Below are positions 36,301 to 37,171 of a DNA stretch of 37,171 bases, in pieces. Position numbers and translations under genes: made by a program. The stretch comes from Saprospirales bacterium. Its GTDB lineage: Bacteria; Bacteroidota; Bacteroidia; Chitinophagales; Saprospiraceae. The stretch is from the NCBI GenBank assembly GCA_003559985.1, contig PWJP01000241.1, positions 1 to 37,171 of the forward strand. Direction: 5' to 3'. The notes below the pieces were generated by a model that did not search any database, was not told the origin of the DNA, and saw only the letters and a program-made list of their open reading frames with translations. Position 1 is the first letter of the stretch, and each line of letters opens with the position of its first letter.

Positions 36301-37171
36301 AACCATCTCCTGAGGATAATTGCCCCGGAGTTGAGCTGGTCGGATCGGACAGTTCGGGAACATTTTTTGAAGTGGGAGAACACGAGATTATCTATATCGC
36401 AACCGACACCTCAGGAAATACTTCGGAATGTGTGTTTACAGTAGAAGTGGAGGACATTGAATCTCCTCAAATTGACTGCCCTGACGATATCGAAGTAAAT
36501 GCACAATCCGGCGAATGTGATATTTTTGTAGAAATAGACTTGCCGGATGTTTCAGACAATTGTGGAATAGATACCTTTTTCAATAATTTCAATCTGACTG
36601 AAAATGCGTCTGATACTTTTGGAGTAGGTACCACCACTGTGGTATATTTTGCAACGGATATTCACGGGAATGAAGACTCCTGTTCTTTCGAAGTAACTGT
36701 GATCAAGGATTTTGATCTGGAGATTGAATGCCCGGATTCCATTGTTGTTGTCACTGACCCTGACACCTGTGGTGCTTTTGTCCCGGTCCCGGAGCCAGAC
36801 ATATTGAATTTCTGTGATATAGATACTGTATTTAATGATTTCAATCAAATGGAGGATGCCTCTGACTTTTATCCGGTGGGCACTACCACGGTTGTATTTT
36901 TTGCTGAAGATGCCGATGGAAGCGAGGCAAGTTGTGAATTTGAGGTAACGGTAGAGGACGACGAAGCACCAGAGATAATATGTCCAGAAAGTGAGACTGT
37001 AAACAACGAGCCGGATTCATGTTCGGCATTTGTATCCATCGAATTAGCATCAGCCACAGACAATTGCGAAGTAGACAGCATAGTGAATAATTACAATTTA
37101 ACGGATGACGCCAGCGACGTGTACGATGTGGGAGTAACGGAGGTAGTGTTTACAGCCTTTGATGCTGCCGG
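33309..37171 (+). CDS. Giant HYR/Ig-like repeat adhesin-type protein, 5' partial (over 1287 codons, open to the window edge)
   Basis: This ORF is not in the ORF track because no stop occurs before the edge. My hand translation from the ATG at 33309 gives MRSKRFTRALMMMAFLIAISFQVQKLSSANA (signal peptide). Cys-framed modules with ...RTW...D..GN...C.Q.I.V.D..PP follow. From about 35235 onward there are tandem HYR modules (C.....V..D.G.C...V.W..P...DNC......S...G..F..GTTTVTYTATDA.GN...CSF.VTV.D). All listed minus-strand ORFs in 33831-37081 lie inside it. Confidence 0.9.
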   Translation, partial: MRSKRFTRALMMMAFLIAISFQVQKLSSANAAMSISCFQNVQISLSGSGEATILPEMILSGSHPDYSIFTVSIIDPPVGGDVVDCSFLNETISVMVTNNNTNNSCWGLVSIEDKSDPVIECSDKVLPCYESVDFDDIYILLDTLYDNCTETTDIDLWYSQVIHGLSCDPNYSAYLVRTWTATDESGNSATCEQTIYFERGSVSDIDFPQDTVVDCPQADLSPSVFGYPTIDGNAIGGFCELAVEFSDEIVPLCGNSFKLKRTWQAIEWCMVEFETHKQIIEVIDTIPPVVSCPATQTVFTGTQVCEGTHILPSISVEDACSDVQDIDINFRIEGVLIQDPMVVLPVGEHTVEVEAVDPCFNSATCEYTVIVEDNVSPVLVCHNIVVPLNNNGDQVTIGVDNIVGDFTITDNCGIANVEVRRMTDECGNPDDLDFGETVTVCCEDVSSGAMVEVQATDVHGNTNSCMFEIEVQDKAPPVITFCPPDTTINCDDEMDDLTIYGQAEAEDNCEVIFSEFSVSDIDECLEGTIFRTIIASDAGGNADSCVQEITVVNPFEIESDDIEWPEDLEITDCKPDLSPEVLNSFPEVMVPHCPVAVGINFEDEIIGADEPCLTIERTWEVFDSCKNEVTETHLQTIVVKNNAPPVLTGPSDTTFFATEDNCSFFIELEPVESDDCSTDLDIENDYNDQGAEIQDDFEVGVTTVTYTATDACGNTSEWTVTITVIDDVPPTVDCPEDITAENDEGECGAEVPWIEPVAEDNCPGVELSSTHEPGDFFEVGTTTVTYTATDAAGNTAECSFDVTVIDSEDPVILDCPSNITEENDPGECGAEVTWDEPEPVDNCPDVELSSTHEPGDFFEVGTTTVTYTATDAAGNTAECSFNVTVEDTENPIIINCPQDGFGENEEGECGSIMIWPEPDAIDNCPGAELSSTHESGDFFEVGTTTVIYTATDVAGNTTTCSFEVTVVDVEPPVIIDCPEDIVMENDADDCGAIVEWTEPSPEDNCPGVELVGSDSSGTFFEVGEHEIIYIATDTSGNTSECVFTVEVEDIESPQIDCPDDIEVNAQSGECDIFVEIDLPDVSDNCGIDTFFNNFNLTENASDTFGVGTTTVVYFATDIHGNEDSCSFEVTVIKDFDLEIECPDSIVVVTDPDTCGAFVPVPEPDILNFCDIDTVFNDFNQMEDASDFYPVGTTTVVFFAEDADGSEASCEFEVTVEDDEAPEIICPESETVNNEPDSCSAFVSIELASATDNCEVDSIVNNYNLTDDASDVYDVGVTEVVFTAFDAA
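35235..37171 (+). repeat. In-frame tandem array of HYR-domain coding modules (one 86-aa unit, four 81-aa units from 35493, then at least three 84-aa units from 36465)
   Basis: The period is 243 bp for units at 35493, 35736, 35979 and 36222, and 252 bp for units at 36465, 36717 and 36969. Units 35493 and 35736 share a 120-nt core with only 7 mismatches (35601-35720 versus 35844-35963). Confidence 0.85.

Noticed and set aside
33831-37081. Nine minus-strand ORFs of 60-182 aa in the track (for example 35423-35971 and 34805-35197), several Ser/Thr-rich and repetitive.
   Set aside because: All lie antisense inside one uninterrupted + strand frame (33309 to the window edge). That frame translates into recognisable signal-peptide, Ig-like and HYR modules. 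The antisense ORFs only mirror the repeat periodicity, so they are shadow ORFs.
1-37171. I searched the window by eye for tRNA, rRNA, CRISPR arrays, transposases, integrases, phage genes and toxin-antitoxin or restriction-type defence modules.
   Set aside because: I saw none. There are no cloverleaf-like GC-rich segments in the spacers, and no regularly spaced direct repeats outside the HYR coding array. No ORF has recognisable DDE, tyrosine-recombinase or serine-recombinase motifs. Composition looks uniform across the window by eye.

Overview
This window looks like a chromosomal segment of a Bacteroidota genome. The evidence is a SusC/SusD pair, T9SS type A and type B C-terminal sorting domains, a TPR-DUF4292-LytM module, and many TAnnTTTG -7 promoter boxes. 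All calls are by-eye motif recognition; no searches were run.

Gene content, left to right:
- The first 14 codons of an HU-like gene (minus strand).
- A small lipoprotein ORF.
- A three-gene Dpp/Opp-type ABC importer operon (binding protein plus two enlarged permeases, no ATPase).
- A TIGR01777/YfcH-type epimerase-family gene.
- A small acidic ORF.
- A monocistronic eRF1/Pelota-like (baeRF-type) gene isolated by long non-coding flanks.
- A SusC/SusD pair.
- A beta-helix T9SS type B cargo protein.
- A long minus-strand housekeeping block: CMD-family protein, membrane protein, M29 aminopeptidase, hflX, degenerate LytM/EnvC-like protein, DUF4292, TPR, nucleotidyltransferase, dut, lpxK, OM beta-barrel.
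- apbE, a DnaQ-type exonuclease and an overlapping Cys-rich lipoprotein.
- Two paralogous modular adhesin-like genes. One is an 800-aa T9SS type A cargo. The other is a giant HYR-repeat gene absent from the ORF track because it runs off the right edge.

I saw no rRNA, tRNA, CRISPR array, transposase or integrase.

The most interesting items are:
- the stand-alone baeRF-like gene and its divergent small partner ORF;
- the roughly 300-nt structured leader or sRNA-like unit (promoter, three hairpins, terminator-like stem) in front of the giant adhesin gene;
- the mosaic near-identical 243-bp HYR modules inside that gene.
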